From positions 1 through 64,000 of the forward strand of contig CAXHJY010000492.1 in NCBI GenBank assembly GCA_964016885.1: a stretch of 64,000 nucleotides of DNA, read 5' to 3'. This document shows, in pieces, positions 1 to 20,030 of the stretch; positions within the stretch are counted from its first letter, which is position 1; each line of letters begins with the position of its first letter. Position numbers and translations under genes: made by a program. Origin of the DNA: Eledone cirrhosa. Taxonomy: Eukaryota. Under the pieces are notes generated by a model. That model had not been told where the DNA came from and did no database searches. It saw only the letters and a program-made list of their open reading frames with translations.

Positions 1-7479
<7,479 letters not shown>

Positions 7480-7582
7480 AGGAGGTGAGTTTTATTGTAG
7501 TACAATAAAGCAATGCAATTCTTTTGACGTTAGAATATTCATCCACAATTATTATTTATTCTCTCTCTCTTCATACATAAAT

Positions 7583-8020
7583 TCCCTTCGTTAATTTTCA
7601 AATTCCTTTAATTTATACATTATCTTCCAACGGTTCTCAACCTCTCTATGTAAAACAATATATCTTTCTCTCAGTTATAAAAACTATCTCTTTCTCTCTA
7701 TCACCCATCTCTCCCTCTCCACCTTCACTCTCATCTCCTCCCCCTTTTTTTTCATCCTTTCCACCCCACCCCCCACCCCCAGCCCCTCCCTAAATAAAAT
7801 ACTTTTTCCTCGCACATATCCTCCCTTCGTTAATTTTCAAATTTTTTTAATTTATACATTATCTTCCAACGGTTTTCAACCTCTCTATGTAAAACAATAT
7901 ATCTCCTCTCAGTTATAAAAACTATCTCTTTCTCTCTATCACCCATCTCTCCCTCTCATCTCCTCCCCTTTTTCATCCTTTCCACCCCCCCCCCCCCCTC
8001 TCTAAATAAAATATTTTTCC
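7583..8020. repeat. Imperfect ~240-bp tandem duplication inside a PLE pLTR-like island
   Basis: CCCTTCGTTAATTTTCAAATT...TAAATAAAATA starts at both ~7584 and ~7823. Confidence 0.85.
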
Positions 8021-8112
8021 CATATCACACATCAATCTAAAACCACTTTTCATATGTTGATTTAAAACTGCACTATCCACAAGTGTTTTTTAGCCTTCAT
8101 ATCATGTTCTCC

Positions 8113-8183
8113 TGTTTTATCTGATGAAAACACAAATATTATTGCATGATGATGTTTGTTTTTGAAATGCGCATAATAAAATA
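8113..8183 (+). ncRNA. Minimal type-I hammerhead ribozyme (PLE pLTR type)
   Basis: Stem I UGUUUUAU/AUAAAAUA; core CUGAUGA at 8121-8127; ~15-bp stem II with one mismatch; GAAA at 8164; palindromic stem III UGCGCA; AUA triplet, predicted cut after 8175. Confidence 0.75.
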
Positions 8184-8300
8184 CATGGAACTCCTTTAAC
8201 CATCTTTTGATCTTATATTATATGTATATATATATATAGATATGTATATATATATATATGTATATATATAGAGAGATATGTATATATATATATGTATATG

Positions 8301-8349
<49 letters not shown>

Positions 8350-8413
8350 ATGTATATATACATATGTGTATATATATATGTGTATGTGTATATATATATG
8401 TGTATCTATCTAT

Positions 8414-8980
8414 CTAAGGCGGGTAAAATTCCCGAGATCCATGGACGAGTTCTCTCCAGCGGTCTCTGTCCCTCATTATCGCTGCCATGTTCTGCATCTC
8501 CAACAGACCAGTGTCTGTCCTTAGGGCATCAACATACGTTAACATTGGTCTTCCTCTTCTAGTGTGTCCATGTAGGGGCTCCCAAAGGAGTACTGAGTGC
8601 AATGTCAACTCTGGATGTCGGTGAGCATGTCCAGCTAACCTCAGTCTCCTCTGTGTCACTTTTGAGCTGAATTTTGGGATGCTCCCATACAGCTCTGAGT
8701 TCTTCATCCTCAGTGTATACTGATTAATGTTCAGAGCCATCCTCAGCATTCTCGTGTAGCACCCATCCACCATATGGGTGAGTTTCTTGGTCAGTGTCCA
8801 AGTGTCAGACCCATACAGCAGCACAGACTCCACTACAGCAATGAAGAGGCGGATTTTAAGGTCTCTACGAAGGTCCGACTTCCACACCGATCTCAAGCTG
8901 TGGCACGCCGCCCAGGCCTTGCTCTTCCTCTCAACCACATCATCCTCCGTATTCCCAATCTTCGCTCCCAAATACAAATA
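8414..8980 (-). mobile_element. 5'-truncated RTE-clade LINE fragment (RT C-terminus) inserted in (TA)n
   Basis: YLGAKI...VESVLLYGSDTWTL...RRLRLAGHAHR...RGRP...DRDRWR; (TAGA)n tail after the stop. Confidence 0.85.
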
Positions 8981-9059
8981 TATGTGTATATATATATATA
9001 TATATATAAGTGTATATTTATATATATATATATATATATACAAAAACTGATATATATAT

Positions 9060-9128
9060 TGTATTTTGTCTGATGAAGGCATACCATAATTTAACTTGGT
9101 ATCCTTGAAATATGTATAATGAAATATA
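9060..9128 (+). ncRNA. Minimal type-I hammerhead ribozyme
   Basis: Stem I UGUAUUUUGU/AUGAAAUAUA with GU pairs; CUGAUGA at 9070-9076; stem II AGGCAUACCA/UGGUAUCCUU; GAAA at 9107; U-AUGU-A then UA. Confidence 0.65.
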
Positions 9129-9181
9129 GTTTTATAAATATAGTTTCCATTTATTAATATCGTATATATATATATATATAT

Positions 9182-9302
<121 letters not shown>

Positions 9303-9581
9303 GCGAGAATCGCATTTCGGCGGCTAGAAAAGACGAAACGAAACGCAAAAATCAGAAATAATGCTGGCAAACGCTCCGTAGTTAAAAAAAAACAGAGCTA
9401 AACAATATGTTAAGACCCCATGCAAAACTGAAATAGTGGTCAAGAAAGCATCAACCACCTAAGCCAAAAAGCAAATCAAGCTAAACAGGTCAAAACAAAA
9501 TAAATGATAAAAAAACGATTAAAAAAAACGATAAAAAAAAATAAAATAACGATTTAAAAAATGATTTAAAAAATGATAAAA

Positions 9582-9685
<104 letters not shown>

Positions 9686-9935
9686 TTCAAGAGTAACCAA
9701 TCTTAAAGAGAGAGATGGAGATAGTAGAGGAGAAGAGAGATTGGTGAATTAGTTAGAAGCCAAAGCATAAAGGCATGTGCTCAATGTGCAATATGCAGTT
9801 GAAGGCAGCTAGGTGGCTGGGTTCATGCAGAGGTTAGGTGCACAGAGCTGGAAATATTCATTAGTTAATCAAAACAAGACCACAAATTTCACAAGGAAGA
9901 CATTATTAAAAGATTTTCAACATATTTTAGTTTGA

Positions 9936-12472
9936 TGTAAGGAATGAAGAGAATAATAATAATAATATTAATAATAATAATGTCCGTTTACAATTGTTTC
10001 GCTACTCCATATAATATTTCTGGATCAAATGATTATAGATCATTATTGATCTGATTCAGTTGAAAATAATTAACATAGGTAAAAATAGACCAGCTCATCG
10101 GAACTTCAAAAGGAATATAAATTAAAATAAAGAAAGAATGTTACATGAATGTAATTTTCCATATATTGGTATTTCACTATGGTGTCCTGGGTATATCTAT
10201 TGTCTGCCATAGTCGAGCAGTATTCTTCTGTCGAGGCTGCATTGTGTGAGATCTGCCTATGGGTAACAAGATGGCCGCCAATGGACATATTTACCTTACT
10301 AATTAGAGGGTGGGTTCAGGGGAAGTAACTCCACGAGAGATTAGAAATTGTGGGTAGTTTATAGTTAAGAAGTGCTAATTTTTTAATTTTTTAATTGAGA
10401 GACAATGTAAGGGAGGTAACTTATAATTATCTAAGTTAGCTATAACTATTTAACTTATTAGCTACAAGTAAAAATGGGGCTAGATGACTATGTTGGGTCA
10501 AATATTCTGTTGGCGAAGGAATTAGCCCTTCGATGTTGACAGCTAATAGTTACCTCCGTTCTATCGTTAATCGGTAGAGGTCGTGATAAAGTTATGTAAT
10601 ATGCTTCGGTAAGACAGAGGTCACAAGAGTTTCTTCGTCCATTGTTGGGCCCTAGCCAAGATATCCCATGTTAGTGATTGTTCAATGTTGGTTAATTTAA
10701 GGTTTTTAATGAGCCTAGCCAGAGATGTCGAACATCTGTTGTTAAGGTCTCGGAAGGAAAAAGAGTGCGCGTTATAGCGTACCTTAAAAGGGTTAGAGGT
10801 AGAGCGAAGCAGTTTTAACCGTGTACCTATAAACTATATTGGGTGTCAGGCAATGTCCATTTAGTGGGCATGCATTAGGGTAACGGCAGTTGCAGTTACT
10901 TCTGCGGTTAGTGAGAGTAGGATTGTTTAATCTAAGCGGTTGGTCAGTGCTAGAAGGATTAGATGGAGGAGGTGTGCTACTGGAGTAAGTATTGGTGTAG
11001 TGGCGTGGTGTATTTGATGGGGTGGTGGTACCGCGGTGTGGGAGTTATACTGTCTTAGTTTATGATGGTTATTGAATTCGATGTGGCTAGCTAGGTTAGG
11101 TGTTGTGGAGAATGAGATTTTAATGTTATTTTTATTAAAGAGTTTGTAATATGTATGGTTGGGGGGGGGGATGTTTAGATAGGATAGAGAAGAAGCGTTT
11201 AGGGATATTAGTGGCTAGATTGGATGAGAATGGGGGGGTTAAGCCAGGTGATATTTCTAGGCCTATTCCTTCTATGGGTTCTAGTGGAGTTGGTAGGGGG
11301 CTTCAGAGGGTTATTATTACCTGGGCATTTGTTATTTGTCATCCTATTGCTCATTCCCATTCTAGGGTTGATTTTTAGTTTGCTACTTGGAGTGGGAAGC
11401 AGGCCACTGCTACCATTAAGGTTCCCTGTATAAGTGCTGTTACTGCTAAAATTCCGGCGTATCTGGCTATATGCTAAGGTATTTCTAGTTCTAATGTTAA
11501 GTTTATTATGGTTGTGGTGAAGTGCTGTGTTATGGCATTTAGGTATGTAGTAAATGGACTGTACATAACCAGATTCAGAAAGAGCCTTATTATAATATGC
11601 CGCATGGTTTATAAATATCTCCTCATTTGCTGATAGCATGGAGATCCTATACGAGATAGATTTGATTACTGCTCTGATGACTGCCGGTGGGTGGTTAGAG
11701 TGTGGCTAATATATGTAAGTATTTCACCTGGTTTATAATAAGGGTAATAGAGGTTATTGTTAATATCTAGGGTAACGTCTAGGAAGTTTACTATTTATGG
11801 TTCGGCTGGATGGTGATAGAGAGACCGTTATTTTTAAATAATCTATGTAACTGTTTTTTGAGCAAGTCAATGCCTCGATTAGTGAAATTGTGGAATGCAA
11901 ATAGGGCGTCGTCCCTATATATTCCGCCTTGCAAGGGTTAGATTTCAGCTCTGATGTTATGTAATAGGTAAATTCCAACTAAATCGGTGATTTGCGCAGA
12001 GTCACTTGAGCCCATCGTGATGTCAAAGTTGTCTGTTCTGTCTTTTCTAGTCCAGACTGCTCCGTTGAATTCAATGATGGTCTGCCTAGCCATAAGTATG
12101 ATGTCAATCTCATTATTGGTTATGTCAGAGTTGGTGCTGGCTAGGGTTAATGCTTTGTTGAGCAGTGTCGGGGTTATTGAAGCGTAATAGCTGTCAATGT
12201 CAAATTGGAGGAACCTCATAGATTCCTTGGACCTTAGATCTGAGAACCATCTAATGACTTGGCCGGTGTTGGACCACAGCTTGTAGGTCATATCATCTCG
12301 TAGCCCAGGGATGATCCTATCAAGGATGTTCTTACTGATACGACCCAAGTCGGGTGTGGTTGGGCTTATAAGTCTAATAGATGGGTTCTCTATAAAGTTT
12401 GGCTTGTGATCCTTGAGAGAAAACCTTGGGGTTGTAGGTACATAAGGGTGGGTAAATCTATCCAGATGCAAG
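9936..12472 (-). mobile_element. Decayed, 5'-truncated Penelope-like retroelement (RT + GIY-YIG remnants + 3' pLTR)
   Basis: LKDHKPNF..IRLISP, FDIDSYYASI, MGSSDSAQITDLVG; YRDD at ~11906-11917; linker CNCRYPNACPLNGHCLTPNIVY at ~10830-10900; FKVRYNAHSFSFR; CDLCLTEAYYI. Frameshifts and stops are present. Confidence 0.9.
9986..10104 (-). ncRNA. HHR-like motif in the PLE 3' pLTR, U4C core variant (CCGAUGA)
   Basis: Minus strand: GUU-CCGAUGA-GCU...(long stem II)...AGC-GAAA-CAAUUG-UA-AAC. Confidence 0.6.
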
Positions 12473-12612
12473 TCAAACTAAAATATGTTGACAATCTTTT
12501 AATAATGTCTTCCTTGTAAAATTTGTGGTCTTGTTTTTCTTAACTAATGAATATATATATATATATAGAATGGAAAACGAAAAATCAGTGATGCATCGGA
12601 ACTCAATTTATT

Positions 12613-12700
12613 GTGTTACAATTGTTTCCCCGGCGAACAGCTCGAGGTGCGATCTGTGTGTGGATCGACCTGACTCTGTATTCGCAGGTTCCTCAGACGC
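12613..12700 (-). ncRNA. Type-I HHR (core CUGAGGA) in left arm of inverted repeat
   Basis: GCGU-CUGAGGA-ACCUGCGAAUA...UGUUCGCCGGG-GAAA-CAAUUG-UA-ACAC; one mismatch in stem I. Confidence 0.6.
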
Positions 12701-12737
12701 GTCTATAGATTTCGTAGCATATCCTCTTTCAATAGAC

Positions 12738-12825
12738 GTGTCTGCGGAACCTGCGAATCCAGAGTCAGGTCGATCGACACAAAGATCGCACCTCGAGCTG
12801 TTCGCCGGGGAAACAATTGTAACAC
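12738..12825 (+). ncRNA. Type-I HHR (A6C core, CUGCGGA) in right arm of inverted repeat
   Basis: GUGU-CUGCGGA-stem II-GAAA-CAAUUG-UA-ACAC. Confidence 0.55.
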
Positions 12826-12947
12826 ACAATAAATTGAGTTCCGATGCATCACTGATTTTTCGTTTTCCATTCTATCATACTCTGCTCCGTAGGAGCATAG
12901 AGTGCTCAACCGGCATACCGCCTATGGAAGCATCTTAGATGCCATTA

Positions 12948-13020
<73 letters not shown>

Positions 13021-13022
<2 letters not shown>

Positions 13023-13395
13023 TTGGTTGTCCATCGTAAATGATAATGACATCTTTATTTTAGTTCCCGTCTGCCATGGGCACGAAGGTGGCTGTGGAGG
13101 CCGATCCTTGACTTGTAGGTCCGGGGACAGTGGGGGGCAGGGGAAGAGACCGGCGTCGCTTGGGGCAGCTGTTGATGCCTTTTTCCTCCTTTCAAAAAGC
13201 CTCAGCCACCACTGCCCGTCTCTTCTCTTCAAAAGAGTCTTTGGCGCGTCTGGTAAGGGCTTGCCACTCAGTCCTGTCCTGAGCATGGGACTCGAGTTGT
13301 TTTGGCGCGATTCCAGTGTTGTTGATAGTGGACTTCACGCAGTCTTTGAACCTCTTGAGACTCCACTAGGAGTTATGGGATCTTTATCCTTATAG
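13021..13395 (-). mobile_element. RTE-clade LINE 3' fragment
   Basis: RRKKAST..., then frameshifted FPCPHCPRTYKSRIGLHSHLRAH (C2H2-like RTE C-terminus); tail abuts (TA)n. Confidence 0.7.
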
Positions 13396-13551
13396 ATTTG
13401 GCAATAAATGTTTGAATTTGAGAAAAATTACAAAAGACACCAGCGTGTAAACGAATTATTCAATAAGAAATATTTTTGCGCAGTTCTAATTCTATATCTT
13501 TGTATTGTTTTCTATATCTTTGTATTGTTTTCTATATCTTCTGTTTTACAG

Positions 13552-13662
13552 GTTATCTACTTTACTGCTACATTTCCATATGTCGTCCTCGTAATATTTT
13601 TCTTCCGAGGTGTTACATTGCAAAACTTTTATGTCGGTCTTAAACACTTCTTTGTACCAAAA
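13552..13662 (+). CDS. SLC6 family transporter (SLC6A15-20/B0AT-like), internal exon; first exon visible in window
   Basis: AG/GT bounded; VIYFTATFPYVVLVIFFFRGVTL is the SLC6 TM5 signature. Confidence 0.92.
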
Positions 13663-14464
13663 GTAAGCTTATCGTTTCTATCTAAATGTTGTTCATGTTC
13701 TCAATATTGGTATAGCTACTATAAGGACAAGAGAAACATACGATAAATCACATTCAGTGTAATTTAAATTTTTCAAGGTTTGGACAGTCAGCTATGATGG
13801 GAAGATACATAAGTTACGTTATCCTAACTGACAAATATATATACTATATATATAGTTCCTACTTTTTATTGAGGTTAACTTTGCCTTTCATCCTTATGGG
13901 GTCGATAAAATAAAGTACCAGTAATACACTGGGATAATTGCTGGCCTTGTGCCAAAAGTAGAAACAATTATATATGTGTGTGTGTGTGTGTCATTTGGTT
14001 AATTTACAAAGCATTGGGTGAAAGCGTTTGCTTTTGGAGGGAAGCCGCGAAAATGCAGATAAGTATAAATAATATGTAATTCAGTCGGCTTCCCATAAGC
14101 GCAACCATGTTTTCAAACACACACACAAATATATATATTCTTATATTTATATAATATTCTTCGACCAACAATTGTTGATTTAATACCGAGAAATATTCTT
14201 GTGCCAAAACATGACTTTATAATGTAACATTAATCATTTTTACGTCTGCAAGTGTAACTTCTCATATTTTCAAAGGTTGGGGAAAAGATTGTGAACATCA
14301 TACTAAACCATCATGTAAGACACTTGTGTGGAAATGAAATAATTACATATAGAACACAAATATAATAGAAATAATATACTATAGTATAAATATCACAGTC
14401 GTGTTCCTCTGGATTGATTAAAGGTTGTTGTAAGTCATTTGAAAAAAAATGAAATGTATGATAT

Positions 14465-14580
14465 GATAGCAGTAGCCCGTCTGAGGAAAGAGCCCCACGA
14501 GGTGGGGTGGCTGTTGCAGCGAGTGTCGCTGGCCATTGTCCGCGGGAATGCTTTTGCAGTCTTGTCAGCGGGGCGTAGCC
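14465..14580 (+). mobile_element. 3' end of CRE-like (RLE-type) non-LTR retrotransposon
   Basis: EPHEVGWLLQRVSLAIVRGNAFAVLSAGA*; the QR.SLAI.RGNA motif also occurs at ~39100-39500 and, degraded, at ~58580. Confidence 0.55.
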
Positions 14581-14778
14581 CCATTACCACCGCGCCCTAG
14601 ACCCAGAGCTCATCGCCCTCCCCTCCCCCATTCTTCTGTGACTCTAGAGCCCTTGCTTTTTCCATTTTTATATTTTCCATTTTTATTTTTTTTCCATTTT
14701 TATATTTTCTTATTTTACATTCTATTCTTTCTTCTCGATCTATTTTTTCCTTTTTCTATTAAATTGTTTTTACTTAAC

Positions 14779-14950
14779 AGTATTGGTAGAACGTCATGCA
14801 CCATGCTTTTCAGCATAGAGTTAAGGCCCTTTATGTTCTGAGTTCAAATCCCGCCGAGGTTAACTTTGCCTTTCATCCTTAAGGGGTCGACAAAATAAAG
14901 AACCAGTAATACACTGGGGTAATTGCTGGCCTTGTGCCAAAAGTAGAAAA
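14779..14950 (+). mobile_element. tRNA-derived SINE, family A (Meta-domain-like core)
   Basis: B-box GAGTTCAAATCCC followed by GCCGAGGTTAACTTTGCCTTTCATCCTT..GGGGTCGA..AAATAAAG.ACCAG. Other copies at ~13870(+), 15120(-), 21575(+), 21730(+), 26910(+), 28770(+), 29190(+), 30186(-), 30470(-), 38018-38530(-, x3), 38660(+), 38750(+), 42955(+), 46468(+) and 58206(+). Confidence 0.85.
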
Positions 14951-15281
14951 AAAACTTTTATAAACATCAATAAAATTAAATTGTTATAGAATACCACATT
15001 GCAAAGGGTTGAGAAAAAGCAGGCAAGTTTACGCACTTATCCTCAAATATCTCTATTAGCAAAGTTAAACTTAGAATCTGCTAATTAGTAAATTCCTTTA
15101 GACAACTAATACTAATACTTGTTTCTACTTTAGGCACAAGACCAGCAATTATCCAGTACATTACTGGTACTTTATTTATCGACCCCGTAAGGATGAAAGG
15201 CAAAGTCAACCTCGGCCTAATACTAATAAATAATATCAATACAGTCCTAATACTAATAAATTGTTTTTCATTGCTTTGCAG

Positions 15282-15483
15282 TTTGAAAAATTAGGAAATC
15301 CACAAGTGTGGCTTGACGCGGCAACACAGATTTTTTATTCATTAAGTCTTGGTTTTGGTGGTTTGATGGCAATGTCATCCTATAATCCCATCAGAAATAA
15401 TTGTTATAAAGACACATTCATTGTTGTTTTTGTTAACTGTGGAACATCTATTTTTGCCGGTGTTGTCATTTTCTCTATATTAG
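15282..15483 (+). CDS. SLC6 transporter exon
   Basis: PQVWLDAATQIFYSLSLGFGGLMAMSSYN...NCGTSIFAGVVIFSILG (TM6-7); AG/GT bounded. Confidence 0.95.
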
Positions 15484-15686
15484 GTAAGCCATACATATGT
15501 GTTTATGTTTACATGTCAACATATTAAACATTTGCGTATTTAGATACACATTGGCGCAGTCTTTGTTACCCACCTTGTATACATACATAACTTTATAAAT
15601 ATACATATAATTAGCTGTTACTTATGACTCACCCTGTGTATATATATATATACATATGTGAGTGTATGTGTGTGTGTGTGTGTTGG

Positions 15687-15728
<42 letters not shown>

Positions 15729-17559
15729 GTGTGTGAGAAAGAGAGAGAGAAGATGGGGCTGTCCGTTTTTCCGTTGCTTTTTCATTGTCTTTGTCTTGTG
15801 TGCTCCTATTTTGAACATATATATGTGTGTGTGTGTATGGACATTTGTTCGAAGAAACTCGGCACGATGATGATGATGATGATGATATTGTATTATATTA
15901 TATTGTGTTATTTTGTTGGATGATGTATGTGTCTGTATCTACCGTGTGTTTGGTGTTGTGTATTTCAGTGTTAAACGGTTATAATGTGGAGTATATACTG
16001 TGTGGGTTGGTGATATAAATGGGTGTCAACTGTGTACAGATGAGTTGTGTTGGTTGTTATTAAAATGCTGGATATAATTAAAGTAAGAATATGCTATGCT
16101 ATTTTATAGGATGATGATTGTGTAAGGTATGTGTTATGTTATATTATTTGGTTGTGATTCAATAGAGTACGAGATATATTGTGTGTTTTTTTATTGAGTA
16201 GTTATTTCATTGATGTGTTGCGGTAGTTTTGTTATTTTATTCTTCTTCTTCTTGCTCTTGCTCGGCGAGGCTGGAGTTATCCTAAGCCAGTGATCTCAAA
16301 GCATCGTTGTACGTAGAACCGGAGTTTTATTAGGTAATAATTTATAGAGCGTGTGTTGTGTGTAAAGAGTGTACTGCTTTAGTTATCCTGTTGAATTCAA
16401 GGTCCTTTGCGTAAGATTTGAGATGTACCTAGTAGAGCTCTCTATTGGACTATGTGTAACTTTGTGAACCTTAGCATAGTTTTATGATTTTATTGATATT
16501 TTGTTTTATCATACTTAGTTCTCCAACAGTGCACTTTTCTCTTTCATAACCCACATTATTATTTTAATGCTTGTTTTAATTTTAAAATCCTTGTATTTTG
16601 ATAGTTCCTCCACTTTTCTAGTGCAGCTAAAATTAAGCCGTCTATTTCTGCTTTTGCTCAGATTATAAGAGGTATTTTACAAAGTTAAACTTCCTCATTG
16701 CTACAGCATTCTTTGTGATAACTATTTCCGTCTCAATCACTACAACAAGCAAGTTTCCTCTTCCTCTCGGATTTCATTTTGTTCTTATATACTCCGTTTT
16801 TGTATTGTTTTTGTTGATCAATTGCCTACCTTTTACTGGAGCTTTGGAAGCGGTATGTTCACCTTCAGTCGAACATTAATTATCTCTTAAACACCAATTA
16901 TTTCCCAGAACATCAATTACTATTATTACTGAAACTGTTCTGTACGCATTCGTTTCGTGTCAGGGCTTTGCTGACTTGTAAAATTATGACAAAGAGTTGT
17001 TGCCGAGTGTAGGAATGATCCGGTTATCAGCCGCGTCCATCATGAGGATTCCTCCACTAACTTTCTTAGATCGAGAAAGGCCAGTAGTTTTCCCGTCCCT
17101 GGTAGCTATGGGGAATGGGATGTATGGTGAACAAGATTGAAAGGACTGTAGACGAACACTTTCCTCTTCGGTCAAATCTTCATCAACTTCAAATTTCATT
17201 GGTGAGAAAAGTGAGAGGGAAAAGTGAATTTGCTGGATGAAAGCGGCAAGAATGGCCTATATAAATAGGAAAATGAGGATATCCCTTCTACTAATGTTTT
17301 GAAATGAGCCTACTCTAACTATGGGGTTGTAGACAGGTGGCAAGGGCTCGGAGAAGACATTTGTTTCTGTGTGTATTGTGTATTAGAGTAATCCAAAGAT
17401 TTGTTAGGGAGGTGACCTGAATCAAACTGATCGTAATAACATCTTGATCACGTGACCTCATTAATTTGGATTTTAACCCAAAAATACTGTTCCCAGTAAG
17501 ATAAAATGTGTTATGGTGATAAAGCAGGTTTAGTCTTTTACTATGTCACATACATACAC

Positions 17560-17610
17560 ACGTGTGTGTATGTGTGTGTCTGCGTGTGTGTGCGTGTGTG
17601 CGTGCGCGTG

Positions 17611-17703
<93 letters not shown>

Positions 17704-17714
17704 GTGTGTGTGTG

Positions 17715-17747
<33 letters not shown>
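17560..17747. repeat. (TG)n microsatellite
   Basis: Direct inspection. Confidence 0.95.
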
Positions 17748-18484
17748 ATGTAAAAAAGATATTCTTTGTTAATGTGTATGTATATATATATATATATGTA
17801 AATACTGAAGATATGACTATACATATAGTTGTGTATGTTAAACAGGCTAGCAGAATTATATATTAATTAAACTTTTAATTACATCTTATCTTTTTTTTTT
17901 TAAATTAATGTAGTGAGCCCCCTTCATCATATTTGTCAGTATTGATATGTGTTCATGTGCAACAGAACGTAAAGAGTTTTACAACTTTTTTTAATTTCTT
18001 TGAACCACATACGAGAAAACTTTCTATTATATTCAGCTCTGGCTCTGATCAAAGTCTTTGTGTCTGATTGCAAGTATACAATTGCTTGTCCTTCGTGAAA
18101 ACCATTATACACAGGTATCTTCCAACAAATGGATATCTTTATTGTTTATCAGTAACTGACCTACGATGTTAATTAATTCTGGAAAATATTAAAACTACCA
18201 TCAAAAATTCTCTGCTTTCACATATTTGAACCAATAATACGATACTACTCTGTAGCGGTGATATTCAACGTTAGTTTAAATCACCATTCAGTCAATTTAA
18301 GTTTTTAACAGTCAATATAACTTCTCTCTAATTTGTGGAAGGAAACATTCGTAAAATGAACATTTTTATCGCTTACTAAAATTACTACAACGCCTACCAA
18401 TGTATTAGTCAACCGAAAGCGGGAGGCTAATAATTAATCATTTGTACTTATATAATAATAGTGGTATATTTCTGTTTCTTGTAG

Positions 18485-18597
18485 GTTTTAAGGCTTTCAA
18501 AAATTTTGAAGCATGTCAGAGTAAATATACGGCAGCAACCATGAACATGACAACAAAAATACCTTCCATTTGTGATTTGGATAAAGAGTTAGAAAAT
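18485..18597 (+). CDS. SLC6 transporter exon (extracellular loop 4)
   Basis: (G)FKAFKNFEACQ...SICDLDKELEN; phase is consistent with neighbouring exons; not in the ORF track. Confidence 0.85.
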
Positions 18598-19822
18598 GTA
18601 AGTAGAAATAACTAGTTGACCTTTTTTCATGTTTCAGTATGTATTGTCTTTTAAATGGAGTAAGCGACAGTCCTTCATCTAGAGCTATGATTCTCTCTTT
18701 ACTGTTTAACCTGAGAGAGAAAGGCAATGTCCTTGATTTTTAAGGGCCTCCGAGACTGGTGGAAAGAATAAATGTAACTTCAAAACGGAGACTTAGTTAC
18801 GATGCTAGACAGGAACTGTATTTTTATCGATGTCCCTTACGATTCCATCAGGAGGTAACGTTTCTTTACCTACCTACTTACCTAAGCAAGTAAAATTAAT
18901 TAAACCTAGAATTGTGTCTTCTTCAACATTCATGCGTTCGCTTTAAAATACTAGGATAGCTTTACTCCGTGCATTATAAATTTAGAGACGTAACTAGTGG
19001 ACTGTTTTAAATATCCATACAGATCATGTGTCGCCGCGTTGAAACACAAAAGAATCCAGTAGCCACTAATGGTAAAGCTAGTAATGACTTACAATAACTG
19101 AGTTATCAAACCTCGAATATAAGTTTATTTTGGGTAGAATTAACTATTAAAATCTGGTACAGTTAACTATTAAAATCTCAATACAAAAATGTTTTACTGA
19201 TTGTAGAAAGACATTTCAAAGACGAATAAATTTCAATAATTATTCCAAGAAGATTATATTTACCATTCCATTCAGTGATTAGTCAAATCACATCATCACT
19301 TGATATATGTGTGAATATTATCAGAACTCAGTTATAACAAATATTATTTTATCATATGGTAACTATAAAAAAAGACTAGGCACTTCCATGACATTATTTT
19401 TTTAATGTAGAGAAATTGCCAGCCCCAAGAATGTTTCAATTATCAACGAAAATAAGATGGATTGCTTTGAGGATAAGGACTCAAATAAAAATTTCTACTC
19501 ATTCACCACAGAAGAGGCAGCCTAGTTACTTCTATAGTAAGTGTATAACTTACTTCGATTTTTTTAAACTTACTCTGGTCGGAAATTAAACAGAAAATGA
19601 GAAGCCATAAACCGAATTATGAAAGTGATACCGATGAAATTAAATACCAGTAAGGCACTGGGGTCGATTTAATCGTCTTTCCCCTCATCCCCAAAATGGT
19701 TGGCCTTGTGTCTAAATCAGACACTATTATAAGATACGTTAGTGTTTTGTTTAATATTACATCTGTAATCTTACTATAAAACGAAATTGCGCTACCTGAC
19801 AATTTTATTGCCTATTTTATAG

Positions 19823-20030
19823 ACTGCTGGAGGACCGGGTTTAGCGTTTATTGTGTTCACTGAAGCAATAAACCAGTTTCCAGCTCCACCGATTTGGGCT
19901 ATACTTTTCTTCTTGATGTTGCTAACCCTCGGGTTAGATTCGATGTTTGGCACTCTTGAATGCATTAGTTCAGCTATCACAGATTCTGGCAAATATAATT
20001 TCCTCCGAAAGAAACAATTTTTTACACCAG
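19823..20030 (+). CDS. SLC6 transporter exon
   Basis: [16 protein letters not shown]...[22 protein letters not shown] (TM8). Confidence 0.95.

Larger units (their letters stand above)
12565..12875. repeat. Long near-perfect inverted repeat (arms 12565-12706 and 12732-12875, 25-bp loop); likely inverted PLE pLTR pair
   Basis: Arms are reverse complements with few mismatches; each arm carries an HHR motif. Confidence 0.9.

Noticed and set aside
12525-12938. Mirror-image ORFs on both strands
   Set aside because: They are a by-product of the inverted repeat.
16984-17199. 71-aa minus ORF after a TATA-like box
   Set aside because: It has no recognisable homology and overlaps a probable TE terminus.
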